From positions 14,504,587 through 14,568,586 of the forward strand of contig CM120648.1 in NCBI GenBank assembly GCA_051362555.1: 64,000 nt of DNA, written 5' to 3'. Source of the stretch: Lingula anatina (lineage: Eukaryota > Animalia > Brachiopoda). Under the pieces are notes generated by a model. The model ran no database searches, was not told where the DNA came from, and saw only the letters and a program-made list of their open reading frames with translations. Each line of letters begins with the position of its first letter. Positions within the stretch are counted from its first letter, which is position 1. Shown piece by piece: positions 27,415-40,282 of this stretch. Made by a program: the position numbers and the translations under genes.

Positions 27415-27468
27415 GTCTACTACTACATGCACTGCTACTATTACTTACACCGCCACAAGTATGCTGAG
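27415..27468 (+). other. Candidate 54 nt micro-exon (paralog 59727-59780)
   Basis: cttcatcctgtag|GTCTAC...GCTGAG|gtgagt. Both splice sites and the length are kept in both duplicon copies, and two frames are open. Confidence 0.3.
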
Positions 27469-28732
27469 GTGAGTTTCCAGAAATCTTTTAGATGCTGTCC
27501 GGGACAACCTAAAAATATTTGTTCCCCGTGAGTTAGGTCGACTGTTGAAACGAACTGATCTTTTTGTGTCTCCCTTCCTCCCCTACATCCACCCCCGTTA
27601 TCCTCCCCCCCCCACCACATTCCCCTTCAAACACTCCAATTATTGCAATACACGTACATGTAACATGCTATCTCCCTCCCCTCCCGTCTGACGTTATGTC
27701 TTCACTAACACAATGGGGTGATATTTTTATGGAATCCGTCACAATCATGGTTGAGAAAGCATCAGAATCAGCTGGAGTCTCGCTTGCATTGTTGAAAGGA
27801 CAGTAGTAACCCTTACCAGGGCCACACAGAGAATTGTTCATTAAAATGTCACATATATTTTTCTGGCCAATTCTGCACCAGTCTTTGTCTTGTCCAGCGA
27901 GAAACTTTGAAAATAAAAATAATAAAACACCCCCGTCCCCCAGCCGACCCCTGGTGGAGAGTAGAAGGACTGCCTATTGGTCATATTGGCTGCTCTCCTC
28001 ACCTTCGGCTCCGTGGCAGAATATAGCATAATTTATTTGTATGATATGATCTATTAGTGTATTCATTACGGACATGAGCGATGCAAGAATTTTACTTGAT
28101 TTCCTTGGCTATGCTGTGATTTAGTTTCGAATTTTTAAAAGCATCATGTGATACATGTGACTTGCTAGTTAACGAAATTTTTTGTCTGTGGCAGTTTCGA
28201 AAGTTTGTTAACTGGGATGACAGGTGAGAGTTATCGTTTGGGTCTGGATTGAGGTCGTCTTCTGAAGAGAGGTAGGCCTACTTTTTACTGGGCCGGTCCA
28301 TTTTTAGAGACAATTCAATGGCTTGGAATGTACGTTAGAGAGTCACCTAAACTGTGAATAATGTGTATCAGCGCAATTTTAAGTTTTGTTTCTATGTCTG
28401 TTTCAGATAACGTTTAGTTCACGATCCCAGCTCTGGGATCATATCCATGGATTCTGCCTTCAACTTGTCCCAAACCACAGACTAATAGGTCTCAGCAGCA
28501 CACCACGCTGTGTATCTACCAAGGAGATCACTGTCGACACACGCGGAACACTTCATTTGCACATACGCTGTACAAAATTTTATTGAAATTGCTGCCTTAA
28601 ATGATAGAGTTGATAAGTCAACTTAAATTTCTTAATCCTTATCTTCCCAAAGAAATTTTATTTGAAAAAAAAAAAGCTTCAAATGTTCTTATTCATCCTC
28701 GTCTTTAGATGGTCTTAGAGCTCAAAAATTTA

Positions 28733-29006
28733 TCCAGGTAATTAACCCCCCGCCCCCCACCCAGGACAATTCCCCCTGTAATGTATATAATAATGAGAAT
28801 GAAAATGTGATATTGAGAAAAATTGTAAATGCCTGCTTTTAATAAAATTCTGTCTTCAGGCAGACGTCGTTAAGCAAGAAATGTTTTAATGGAACAGATG
28901 TATGATATAGATAATTCAAAACCAGAGTATTTTTTCTGAGAAGGCGGGGGTGTCTTGGGGGAACTGTTCGGGGTGGGGGTTGTCTTGAGGCAATTGTCCT
29001 AGAAAC
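28733..29006. mobile_element. Degenerate foldback/MITE with ggacaatt(g)cccc-type subterminal repeats
   Basis: C-rich caggacaattcccc motifs on the left and inverted G-rich caattgtcctag motifs on the right. Confidence 0.4.
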
Positions 29007-30810
29007 ATGTAGACAGCCAAGACTGACCCATTGCCATCATTAAAAAGTCAAGTCCTGATGTGTAGACTGTGTATTGACCCCAACCTGCCCCTCCCCGTGG
29101 CCTTCTCCAGGTCCCTGCCCCTCCCCATAGCCATCTCCACGTCCCTGCCCCCCCCCCCCCCCCCATCTCCACGTCCCTGATCGAAATAACTCTGTTTGCT
29201 GGGAAAATGTCCACTCTGGATAAATTTGGTCCATTTGCACAACATCCCGGAATTCGATACGATTTACGTAGGTACACGCAGAGTTGCTTCAGTTTTTTTT
29301 GTCTCATCACGAATAAAATGTTTTTTTTAACCGATATGGTTTTAAAAAAAGGTCCTCTTTATATCTTCTGGGCCATAGGCTAGCGGAGGAAAAAGCTTGG
29401 TGGAGCGGGAGTAGGCCTACAGTAACTATGCGCAGAAGGTTGAAGGTTATTTGTACCGCCTGTGGTACACATAAAAAAGCCTACTGGAAGAAAAATAAGA
29501 CACTTTTTATGGACTGTATAAACGGAAAATACTTTCAACTTTATAAAGATCCCCTTTTTCCCCATATTTCTCTGCCCTTCCCAGAACGCGTTTTTTACTG
29601 TGTACCCTTTCATTTCTGCATTTAGTATACAACACACTATTTATTTTTAATATTCTTTAAATATGTTGTGAATTTGAACAACACACACACACTAAAACTG
29701 GGAGATCAAGATAAATTATACTCTGCAAGTTAAGAATGACAAACCATGAACTGATAATAAAAACCGGGAGTTAGAACAATATTGACGGAAAAGATGTATT
29801 CTTTTCTATTATTTCAAGACAAATTCAGGTTATTCACATGGTGTAAGAAGTTATTTATTAAATGATCTTAAGTTACCATTTAGAATATACTTTTGGACTT
29901 AGTACAGTAAGGACTGTGTGATTGGTAAAATATTGTATGAACAATAGCTTAAATTTAAAGTAAGACCTGCGCTCTAACTTGAAGCCAGTGCAGCTGTTTA
30001 AAAACATGTAATTTAATTTGTAGGCAATGATACAATTACATTTCAAAAATAAGTATTATTGAATAAACATTGTAGTGTCAGAAGCATTTATACTTGAAAT
30101 GTTCTGAAGCTAAGAAAAGTATGTCAATAACAATTTATATTAAAAACAATACCAGCCCGGGACCCACCGCTCTGCCACTAGGTGGTTTTAACCAAGCCGA
30201 AAATCATGGATTTCTTGGGTTTATTTTTTATTTATTTTAGATTTATAGGATGTCAGAAACGATGGAATATCTCGGCATTTAAGGGTATAAGAGTTTCGTT
30301 ATGTAAATATAGTTAAAAAATAAATTTCAAATCATATGAGATGCTCCTGGAGTTGATCTAAATCCTATTTTGTGTATAAAAGGGAGTTTGAAATCGAAAA
30401 TTTACTAAAGCTATAACGGAAATTTAACTTTATCTCCAATGTTCGCATTCTTAGAGAACAGGTCAGAATTTTAAATTAAAGCATATTTATTCAGCTTTCT
30501 GTCAATGCAGGCATGTAGGAACTTTACCTTCATTCAGCATTGGCACAAATCAATACACAGACGAGTATGCAGAAAAAAAAGTCGTACTTGCAATATCTGT
30601 GTACCAGCCTCGTTTTGACTTAGTACATTCTAGTTCGAACCTAGCCTTGTTTTGGATTATTCTTCGCACAATATTGTCCATGTAGAGAAACAAAGCTTGC
30701 ACAGGAAGAATGGGAAAAATGAAAATATATCTCATTTTTTTTCTTTGTAAATAAGCATTTAACTATTACATGAGGCCGATTGATGAGTTTCTTTTTATGA
30801 AAAGACGAAT

Positions 30811-31017
30811 AAACAAGGCAGCAAAGCTGACAAATGTACAGACAAAAACAGAAAATAATGATGCAAAAATGTCTTTTTTTTTCAATTGTGATGGAATAAT
30901 AAATAATGCTTAAAATAGCAGTCAGTCAACACTGAATTTTAATCATGCACAACAGGTAACATGGTCAATAACAGGAGCGGATCCAGAGATTTTGTGTACA
31001 AAAGGGAGTTTGAAATC

Positions 31018-31090
<73 letters not shown>

Positions 31091-33463
31091 AAAACTTATT
31101 TGTTATATCAAACAACATTTACCTGCAAAATTATCACATTGCTTCCTTATTATGGACACTGTGATCTAGCAGAGAGCTTAACCTTTGGGAGTTTATAGGG
31201 AAATATCAACAAGTATGTTTTGTAATCTCATTTAATGGACACTTAATGAGGCAAGTGACTTAATAGCACTGAACTTGGCCTAGTGAATACCCAAGGGGAA
31301 TTTACAATCTGGCCACACAAATTTGTCTTTGAAAGGTTATCAGGCCCATAAGTCACACCTTAAGAAAAGCAGAAAACAACAAAGCACAAAAATAGGAGAC
31401 TGCCACTTCTGATGCAATGATACATTATGTTTAACTGCACCATCAACATCAAATTTTAATTATGCACAACAGGTAACACTGATGAAAGTAAAAGCATAAG
31501 GTTTCAGGCCCACCAGAGTTCAAGTTTACAATTAGAAAGTGCCAAAATGAAAAAAAAATGAAAATTTCACAAAAAAAAAATGCATAAATTTAATAAAAAT
31601 GATAATCCAATAGAGCTGGTTTTCTAATATGAGCTGTATGCCAATCCTATGAATCATTCTTGTAAGACTAGTTAAAAAAGTAGAACTTAACACTTTACTT
31701 TACATAATATTAATGGTGGCAGAGCACAAAGTAGGTTTTTTGTCAATTTTGATGCAACATTACATAATGATTAACTGTATAAATACCACCAATTTTAAAA
31801 TATCTACTATTAAAAACATGGACATTAAGAAAATTTGATTACCACTGGGCTTCATGCCCAGTTCCACAGTTCCACATTGAAAATTGCAACATGTGAAAGA
31901 TAAAAATATAACTAACTAATGAGACAATTTTTCAACTGAAGCTGTATTTCAATCCTATGTTTCTTTCCTGTAAGTGTGAGAAGAGCAAGTGACATGGTTT
32001 TCCTTTCACCGCCACTACGGAGGCAGTGCCCAGAATAGGGTTTTGTTCAATTTTGATGCAATATTACACAATGCTTAACAGCATAAATAAATAACCATAA
32101 TTTTTTTAATAATAAAATAAACGTATCATGGATATTCAGAAAATGTGACTAGCCCATAGAGTTCAGAGTCATACTTTGAAAATACCAAAATGTAAACAAG
32201 AGAAAACTGTATTGAAAGAGTTTATATCCATTTTCAACACCTTTGTTTCATAAAACAAAATAATCAATTTACTGTCATTTTTATATGATCAATAGAAAAA
32301 TTTGTCAAAGCAAAAATATCAATAGAACAATTATAAATGCCCAACTTGCTCCATTCTGAACATAGTGAATGGTTGAATCTGACAAACTGTAAAGATATGA
32401 TTTTTTTTCCATTTTTGACACTAATTACATAATACTCAATATCAGGTTTACCATTATTTTTATATAATCAACTAACAACGTTGTTAAGATGCAGAAAATG
32501 TCAAAAGAACAACTTAACATATCTAAATAGTTCAAAAATGAGACTGTTAACATGCCTGATAATTAAATTTAAGGAAAAACACTTATATACAAAAAAAGGC
32601 ATAACTTCACCAAACTTTAACTGATCAAGCTTATTTTCAAAACTTAATCTGTATTTCAGTAACACTGATCACTACTGTGAATTTCAAGACAATTGGCCAA
32701 TTGATTTTCTTTAAAATGTGTTATAGGTGTTGCATATATGCAGAAAAAAAGTGAAAAAAACAGCAGAACTTTTATAAAAATGCCCTGATCAAGCCAATTT
32801 TCAAACTTGACTTGCGTATTATAGATATTCATCAGTTCTGTAAGTTTTAAGCCAAAAAGTAAAGCAGTTTTTCACTTATCGTGTTATCAGGGTTGAATAT
32901 ATGCTGAAAAATGTGAAAAAACAGCATAACTTCTATAAAAATGTTCCTATCATGCTGATTTTCAAACTTGACCTGCGTATTATAAATATTTATCAGTTCT
33001 GTAAGTTTCAAGCCAAAAGATAAAATGGTTTTTCAAATATTGTGTTATCGGTGTTGCACAAATGCTGAAAAAAGTGAAAAAACAGCATAACTTCCATATA
33101 AATGGCCCAATCATGCTGATTTTCGAACTTGACCTGCGTATTATGAATATTCATCAATTCTGTAAGTTTCAAACAAAAAAATAGAACGGTTTTCTATTTA
33201 TCGTGTTATCCGTGCTACATAAATGCTGAAAAGAGTGAAAAAAACAGCATAACTTCCCTAAAAATGGCCCGATCATGCTGATTTTCAAACTTGATCTGCG
33301 CATTATGAATATCCATCAGTTCTGTAAGTTTCAAGCCAAAAGAAAAAACAGTTTTCCACTTATCGTGTTATCGCTAAAAGTGCACAGCGACGGCGATGAC
33401 AGCGCCGACGGCGACATACACAGGTGATGGCTATATGTACAGACACATCTGTGTCTGTACATA
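30811..33463 (+). mobile_element. Non-autonomous Helentron/HINE element, family 2, copy A
   Basis: 5' aaacaagg with subterminal IR atgtacagaca (30834), ~161 bp tandem units at 32600-33370, (gac)n-like tract, and 3' hairpin tatgtacagacac-atct-gtgtctgtacata at 33434-33463. Confidence 0.8.
31019..31082. repeat. (TA)n microsatellite
   Basis: Seen directly. Others: (TA)n 47548-47581, (CA)n 50553-50597 and 52713-52744, polyA 34166-34200, polyC ~25660-25686, polyG ~49849-49870. Confidence 0.98.
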
Positions 33464-33631
33464 AAAAAGACAAACTTTACTATCAAGTTTATTTTCAAAC
33501 TTGATCTGCATATACTAATCAGAATGATCACTCCTGTGAGTTGCAAGACAAAAGGCTGATGAGTTTTACTTAAAATGTGTTATCAGTGTTGCATATATGC
33601 AGAAAAAAGCAAAAAAAAAAAAAAAAAAAAA

Positions 33632-34163
33632 AAACAAGGCAAAGCTGTCAAATGTACAGACAAAAACAGAAAATAAAAATGCAGAAAATGGTTCATTTTG
33701 TCAGTTTTGATGCAATAATAAATAATGCCTATAATGGCACTGTCAATCAACACTGAATTTTAATCATGCACAACAGGTGACATCGTCAATAACAGAAGCG
33801 GATCCAGAGATATTTTCTGACTGTATTCCATATTATCTTTGTTGATCCATCCTACATTTTTGATGGTCTTCCAACAGAAAAAACAGATACCCATCAATGT
33901 TAACTTTAAAATCTGACTGTCATCTGAAAGACTCAGAAGACGGTATCAATCCGCCCCTGCAATAAGATTACAGTTTCAGGACCATGAGAGTTCAAATTAA
34001 CATAATGAAAATCCCAATATTTGAAAAATGATGACAGTGCATAAAATAATATTACATAATGTTTTAAGACATAAAAACTAATGCAATTGCTTATGTGGAA
34101 AGAGCTTCAGGTGGATGGGAGCTGAAAATGCCAGTGTTTGAAAAATAAATTAAAAAGAAAACT

Positions 34164-34205
<42 letters not shown>

Positions 34206-36270
34206 ATAAAGCTGCAATTCAAACTTTTAATCTTGCTTTAATAACATGATATGAATAACCCCAATGTGTTTGAGGATAATAAGGCACTGTTATTCATCTA
34301 TTTTTTTTCTTTTGTACACTTATTTGCAATATTAAACATTTACCTGCATAATTATCACAGATTCCTTATTATGTGACACAGTTAAGAGAGCTTAACCTAT
34401 GGGACTTTACTGGGAAATCTCAACGTGTGTTTTATGTAATCTTATTTAATGGGCACTTGGAAATTAATTAGGCAAGTGATTTTATAGCTCTGCATTTAGC
34501 CTGTGACTACCCCAAGGGACAATTAAGACCATAAACAGTAGCCCCATATAGCATTCTATAGAGCTGCATTGCTTCCAAAACAGAAAACAATCACTATTTT
34601 CCAACACAAACTGCACTTCAGTCTTATGAAACTTTTCAGTAAGTTTGAGTATCATAAGTAACATGGCTTTTCCTGAATGGTCTTTCTGGCAGCGATTTAA
34701 AAAAATAAGGTTTTCTTCAACTTTTATGCAATATAACATAATGACCATCAATTTTTATTAATAAAATAAAAGTATCACGGATATTCAGAAAATGTGACAT
34801 GGAAAGGTCTTCAAGGCCATGGAAGTTCAGAGTCACACCTTCAAAATACCAAAATGTAAACAAGAGATAACTGTACTAAAATGAATTTCTTTCCACTTTC
34901 AACACTTTTTTTCATATAACAAAATAACCAATTTACTGCCATCTTTAAATGAAAAACTAAGAAAATTGCTGACATAGGAAAAATACCAATAGAACAATTT
35001 TAAATGTCCAGTTTGCTCCATTCTGAGATTCTGAACATAGTGAATGATTGAATCTGACAAACTGTAAAGATATGAGTTTATTATTATTTCTATTTTTTGA
35101 CACTTTATTACACAATACACAAAAACAGGTTTACCATTTTTTTTATATATTCAACTAACAACATTGTTAAGATGCAGAAAATGTCAAAAGAACACCTTTA
35201 CATATTTAATTAGTTCACAGATGAGATTGTTAACATGCCTAAGAATTAAATATGAGGAAAAAAACACTTATATACAAAAAAGGCATAACTTCACCAAAAC
35301 TGAACCGATCGAGCTTATTTTCGAACTTCATCTGCATTTCAGTAAGACTGATCACCCCTGTAAATTTCGAGACAATTGGCCAATTGATTTTCCTTGAAAT
35401 GTGTTATCGGTATTGCATATATGCTGAAAAAAATGAAAAAAGAGCATAACTTCCATAAAAATGGCCTGATCACGCTGACTTTCGAACTTGACCTGCGTAT
35501 TATGAATATTTATCAGTTCTGTAAGTTTCAAGCCAAAAGGTAAAATGGTTTTTCACTTATCATGTTATCGGTGTTGCATAAATACTAAAAAAAGTGAAAA
35601 AACAGCGTAACTTCCCTAAAAATGGCCCGATCATGCTGATTTTCAAACTTGACATACGTATTATGAATATTCATCAGTTCTCTAAGTTTCAAGCCAAAAA
35701 GTAAAATGGTTTTCCACTTATCGTGTTATCGGTGCTGCATATATGCTGAAAACAGTGAAAAAACAGCATAACTTCCCTAAAAATGACCCGATCATGCTGA
35801 TTTTCGAACTTGACCTGCATATTATGAATATTTATCAATTCTGTAATTTTCAAACCAAAATAAAAAAAAAAATTTCCACTTATCGTGTTATCGGTAAAAG
35901 TGCACGGCGACGACGACAACAGACGCAGGTGATGGCTATATGTACAGACACATCTGTGTCTGTACATAAAAAACTATAACTTTTGTGAAAATGGTCCAAT
36001 CAAGCTGATTTTCAAACTTGACCTGCATATTATGAATATTCATCAGTTCTGTAAGTTTCAAGCCAAAAGGTAAAAGGATTTTCCACTTATCGTGTTATTG
36101 GTGTTGCATATATGCGGAAAAAGTGAAAAAAAAAAGCATAACTTCCATAAAAATTGCCCGATCATGCCGATTTTCGAACTTGATCTGCATATTATAAATA
36201 TTCGTCAGTTCTGTAAGTTTCAAGCCAAAAGGTAAAACGGTTATTCACTTACATCTGTGTCTATACATAA
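33632..36270 (+). mobile_element. Helentron/HINE family 2, copy B, head-to-tail with copy A, with extra repeat units beyond the 3' hairpin
   Basis: 5' aaacaagg and atgtacagaca (33652), 161 bp units at 35445, 35606 and 35767, full hairpin 35939-35968, then ~2 more units and a half hairpin at 36251-36270. Confidence 0.8.
33793..33959. mobile_element. MITE with CAG...CTG ends and a 6 bp TSD (caataa), nested in HINE copy B
   Basis: caataa|cagaagcggat ... atccgcccctg|caataa. Reverse-complement homolog at 62739-62906. Confidence 0.85.
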
Positions 36271-36689
36271 AAACAAATGAGTACTTTTTTATCAAATGAC
36301 TCTATTTTACTAAATTTTTACATATGAGCAACTTTTATAACATATGAGACATTATTTTGTCAACAGAAAATAATATTGTGAAAACCAACAGGGATTAAAG
36401 CTATGCAAATATACATGCATATTTGTGGCAAAAAAAGGGTTATTTTTTATTTTCGGAACATCGATATGGTGATTTATTTTTCACTTCTAGATCAGTACAT
36501 ATACACTGTACAGTTGGCCAACAAACACACTACCCACTTTTAAAAACAGGACCAATTTTAACAAATAATATTTTATAAATTTACCCAAGGTCAGCAGTTT
36601 TTTCACCAATACCATGTTATTCCTGTACCAATCCATATTTGCATTTAAATCAACATTTGTTTTTATAAGAATAATTTTTGGTAGCAAGC

Positions 36690-37020
36690 CACTTCATGTA
36701 TGCAAAAGCTTGCACATTGAACTTAATATACCTTACTTTTGGTGCATGGTTCAATCCTACTGTTAAAATAATATGACAAACTTAGTTATACTGATGATCA
36801 ATAAATATTATTATTATCATTAGCATCAGCTAGCACAGCACAAAAATATTTTTCATCCCTTAAAAGAAAGTCAGAGGTTGTGATGGTGCTCAATGCCATA
36901 CAGCATTTGGAAATGACACGTGTAGGTGCTTCTGTCATAATAATTGCAGTCCAAGGAATAGCAAAATGATTAATCCTGGTCCTATTCATGTTTTTCAAGC
37001 CTAGAGAAATATTTAATTAA
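36690..37020 (-). repeat. Inverted paralog of 51330-51850, beginning at an acceptor-like site
   Basis: Reverse complement aligns, e.g. ctag|GCTTGAA...atgaataggaccaggatta...caccatcacaacctctg...taagggatgaaaaata. This copy lacks the MITE at 51596. Confidence 0.8.
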
Positions 37021-37339
37021 AAAGTTTAAAAAAGTAACATTAAACACTTTTTAAACTGCAAATATCTTTCCACACACACACAACAATATGAGCCAGTGTC
37101 TCCCAGGCTGTACTAAAACTGCATTTTATTTAATACAAAAGAAAACTAGAGGATCAGAGAGGCGATACCGCCTCCGAATATTGTACCACCAGCTGGAGCA
37201 AGCGCATTCGTATAGACCCCCACATACACAAAATAAGGGGTGCAGCCACCAGTCTTGTGCTTGACAAGCTGTAAAAATGCAATCAACAAGAATTTTCAAA
37301 ATATGCAAAAAATATATATAACTAAAAATGGTGCAATCA

Positions 37340-38200
37340 AAGTTAAGTTCATTGTAAGGTAGGTCAAAGGTCAATTTCAAGGTCACAGTAAATTGCCAGT
37401 ATATGACTTCCTATCCAACTTCAATAGTAACTATGGACCTATCTCTGCCAGTTTTGGAGATAAAAGGGAAGCAAAATTTGCAAAGTTCAGTTCATGGTGA
37501 AAAGTAGGTCAAAGGTCAATTTCAAGGTCACATTTAGATTGCCAGTATATGACTTCCTATTCAACTTCAATAGTAACTATGGACCTATCTCTGCCAGTTT
37601 TGGAGATAAAAGGGAAGCAAAATTTGCAAAGTTCAGTTCATGGTGAAAAGAAGGTCAAAGGTCAATTTCAAGGTCACAGTAAAATTGCCAGTATATGACT
37701 TCCTATGCAAGTTCAATAGTAACTATGGACCTATCTCTGCCAGTTTTGGAGATAAAAGGGAAGCAAATTTTGCAAAGTTCAGTTCAAGGTGAAAAGTAGG
37801 TCAAAGGTCAATTTCAAGGTCACAGTAAAATTGCCAGTATATGACTTCCTATTCAACTTCAATAGTAACTATGGACCTATCTCTGCCAGTTTTGGAGATA
37901 AAAGGGAAGCAAAATTTGCAAAGTTCAGTTCATGGTGATAAGTAGGTCAAAGGTCAATTTCAAGGTCACAGTAAGATTGCCAGTATATGACTTCCTATTC
38001 AACTTCAATAGTAACTATGGACCTATCTCTGCCAGTTTTGGAGATAAAAGGGAAGCAAAATTTGCAAAGTTCAGTTCATGGTGAAAAGTAGGTCAAAGGT
38101 CAATGTCAAGGTCACAGTAAGATTGCCAGTATATGACTTCCTATTCAACTTCAATAGTAACTATGGACCTATCTCTGCCAGTTTTGGAGATATAAGGGAC
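37340..38200 (+). repeat. ~6 x 146 bp tandem array; each unit has a perfect AGGTCA-A-AGGTCA (DR1) plus a third AGGTCA
   Basis: aggtcaaaggtca at ~37361, 37506, 37652, 37798, 37944 and 38090. Confidence 0.95.
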
Positions 38201-38442
38201 TAAATGTTATAATTTTGGAGTTACCATAATGTGCCATAAATTTCCTACAGAAAAAATTAATTAAAATAAAGAAAAGGTCATTTTGGTCAAAGTTCTTGAA
38301 ATGGGAGGTTCTCTGAAGTTGCAGAAGTTTAAATTTGATAAAATAATGTCATTTTTGACCACAAGTTGTCTGCTTTGCCAAGCATTATGTTTTATTTTTC
38401 CGGAGTTCAAAATTTATTATCCATTACCGTACTGCACATTTT

Positions 38443-38733
38443 TACGGAAGCCGACTGGTGCCATATGTTGAAAAAAAAAATTATCTCGAAATTTCGAGAT
38501 AGCATTTTTTTTGTTCAAATTTCAAAATACTATCTCGAAATTTCGAGATAAATTTTTTTGCTCAAATATCAAAATGCTATCTCGAAATTTCGAGATAATT
38601 TTTTTTTGTTCAAATTTCAAAATGCTATCTCGAAATTTCGAGATAAAAAATTTTTTTGTTCAAATTTCAAAATAGTATCTTGAAATTTCGAGATAATTTT
38701 TTTTTCTACATATGGCACCAGTCGGCTTCCGTA
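38443..38733. mobile_element. 291 bp IS3EU-like MITE (TAC...GTA termini, 6 bp TSD catttt) nested in the HINE
   Basis: catttt|tacggaagccgactggtgccatatg ... catatggcaccagtcggcttccgta|catttt, with internal repeats of the 20 bp palindrome tatctcgaaatttcgagata. Confidence 0.85.
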
Positions 38734-40282
38734 CATTTTCCTTTCACCACCAATATGTACTTTCTGATACAGCGTAACTCGAAAACCGTATGGAATACAA
38801 AAAAACCGAGACCACCTCCAGTGTTGGGCTTTACATGCTCTACAAAATGCAAAAAAGAATGGGTCTCTAGCATTAACGGTTCCCGAATTAGAGACAGTTT
38901 TCAGTTTCGGTATCTTATGGCCGCTACTCCTGTGAAAATGCACCGATTGACCCCAAATTCACGGAGATGAAAGATGACCTGAAGGGTAACACTTTCCAAT
39001 AATATTATTGGTTAAGTCTGTGTGGCGTCTGAATAACAGGGCAAAAAAATTTTTTTTCGTAAAAAATTTCATTTTTTTGAAAATTTTGACCCATTTGACC
39101 TTGAAGTAAAGGTCAAAGGTCAAATCCGAGGGTATATTTGAAATCTACACATATGACTTTTGGAAAGCCGTCTATAGAAATTTTTCCCGTAACTCCTTCT
39201 GTAGGGTAGATAATTAGCATTTAATTTTGCCATTTTTAGACAAGGGTGCATTGCAATGAGTGCCACACCCAGACCCCAATACCGACAAAGCCCAAATTTT
39301 ACGTGGAACGAGTTGAGATTATAGGTGACCTAAATCCATGAGATGGGTACGGGGGCCCTTACCGTCTAGGAGGAGAAGCGGTAACGGTAACATGGCGGCG
39401 GAGCCGGCGGAACGGACCGGACGGGACCGAAACCATGTGTACCGCCAGCGCTAACGCTGGTGGTAAATTTTTTTGTTCAAATTTCAAAATAGTATCTCGA
39501 AATTTCGAGATAATTTTTTTTTCTACATATGGCACCAGTGGGCTTCCGTACATTTTCCTTTCACCACCAATATGTACTTTTTGATACAGCGTAACTCGAA
39601 AACCGTATGGAATACAAAAAAACCGAGACCACCTCCAGTGTTGGGCTTTACATGCTCTACAAAATGCAAAAAAGAATGGGTCTCTAGCATTAACGGTTCC
39701 CGAATTAGAGACAGTTTTCAGTTTCGGTATCTTATGGCCGCTACTCCTGTGAAAATGCACCGATTGACCCCAAATTCACGGAGATGAAAGATGACCTGAA
39801 GGGTAACACTTTCCAATAATATTATTGGTTAAGTCTGTGTGGTGTCTGAATAACAGGGCAAAAAATTTTTTTTTCGTAAAAAATTTCATTTTTTTGAAAA
39901 TTTTGGCCCATTTGACCTTGAAGTAAAGGTCAAAGGTCAAATCCGAGGGTATATTTGAAATCTACACATATGACTTTTGGAAAGCCGTCTGTAGAAATTT
40001 TTCCCGTAACTCCTTCCGTAGGGTAGATAATTAGCATTTAATTTTGCCATTTTTGGACAAGGGTGCATTGCAATGAGTGCCACACCCAGACCCCAATACC
40101 GACAAAGCCCAAATTTTACGTGGAACGAGTTGAGATTATAGGTGACCTAAATCCATGAGATGGGTATGGGGGGCCTTACCGTCTAGGAGGAGAAGCGGTA
40201 ACGGTAGCCGTCCGGCGGAGCCGGCGGAACGATCCGGACGAGACCGAAACCATGTGTACCGCCAGCGCTAACGCTGGTGGTA
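38649..40282 (+). repeat. 817 bp tandem duplication of the HINE 3' segment
   Basis: ORFs at 38656 and 39473 are offset by 817. The junction at 39465/39466 joins the hairpin end to the interior of the IS3EU-like MITE. Confidence 0.95.

Larger units (their letters stand above)
25383..28350 (+). repeat. Segmental duplication block, copy 1 (paralog 56424-61215)
   Basis: Collinear similarity of 25383-26620 with 56424-58590 and of 26820-28350 with 59170-61215. Further blocks: 19990-20110 vs 47455-47625 and 21107-21702 vs 48549-49135. Confidence 0.92.

Noticed and set aside
38617-39787. 104-133 aa ORFs inside the HINE
   Set aside because: They span MITE/HINE junctions and lack Rep (HUH) or helicase motifs, so the element is non-autonomous.
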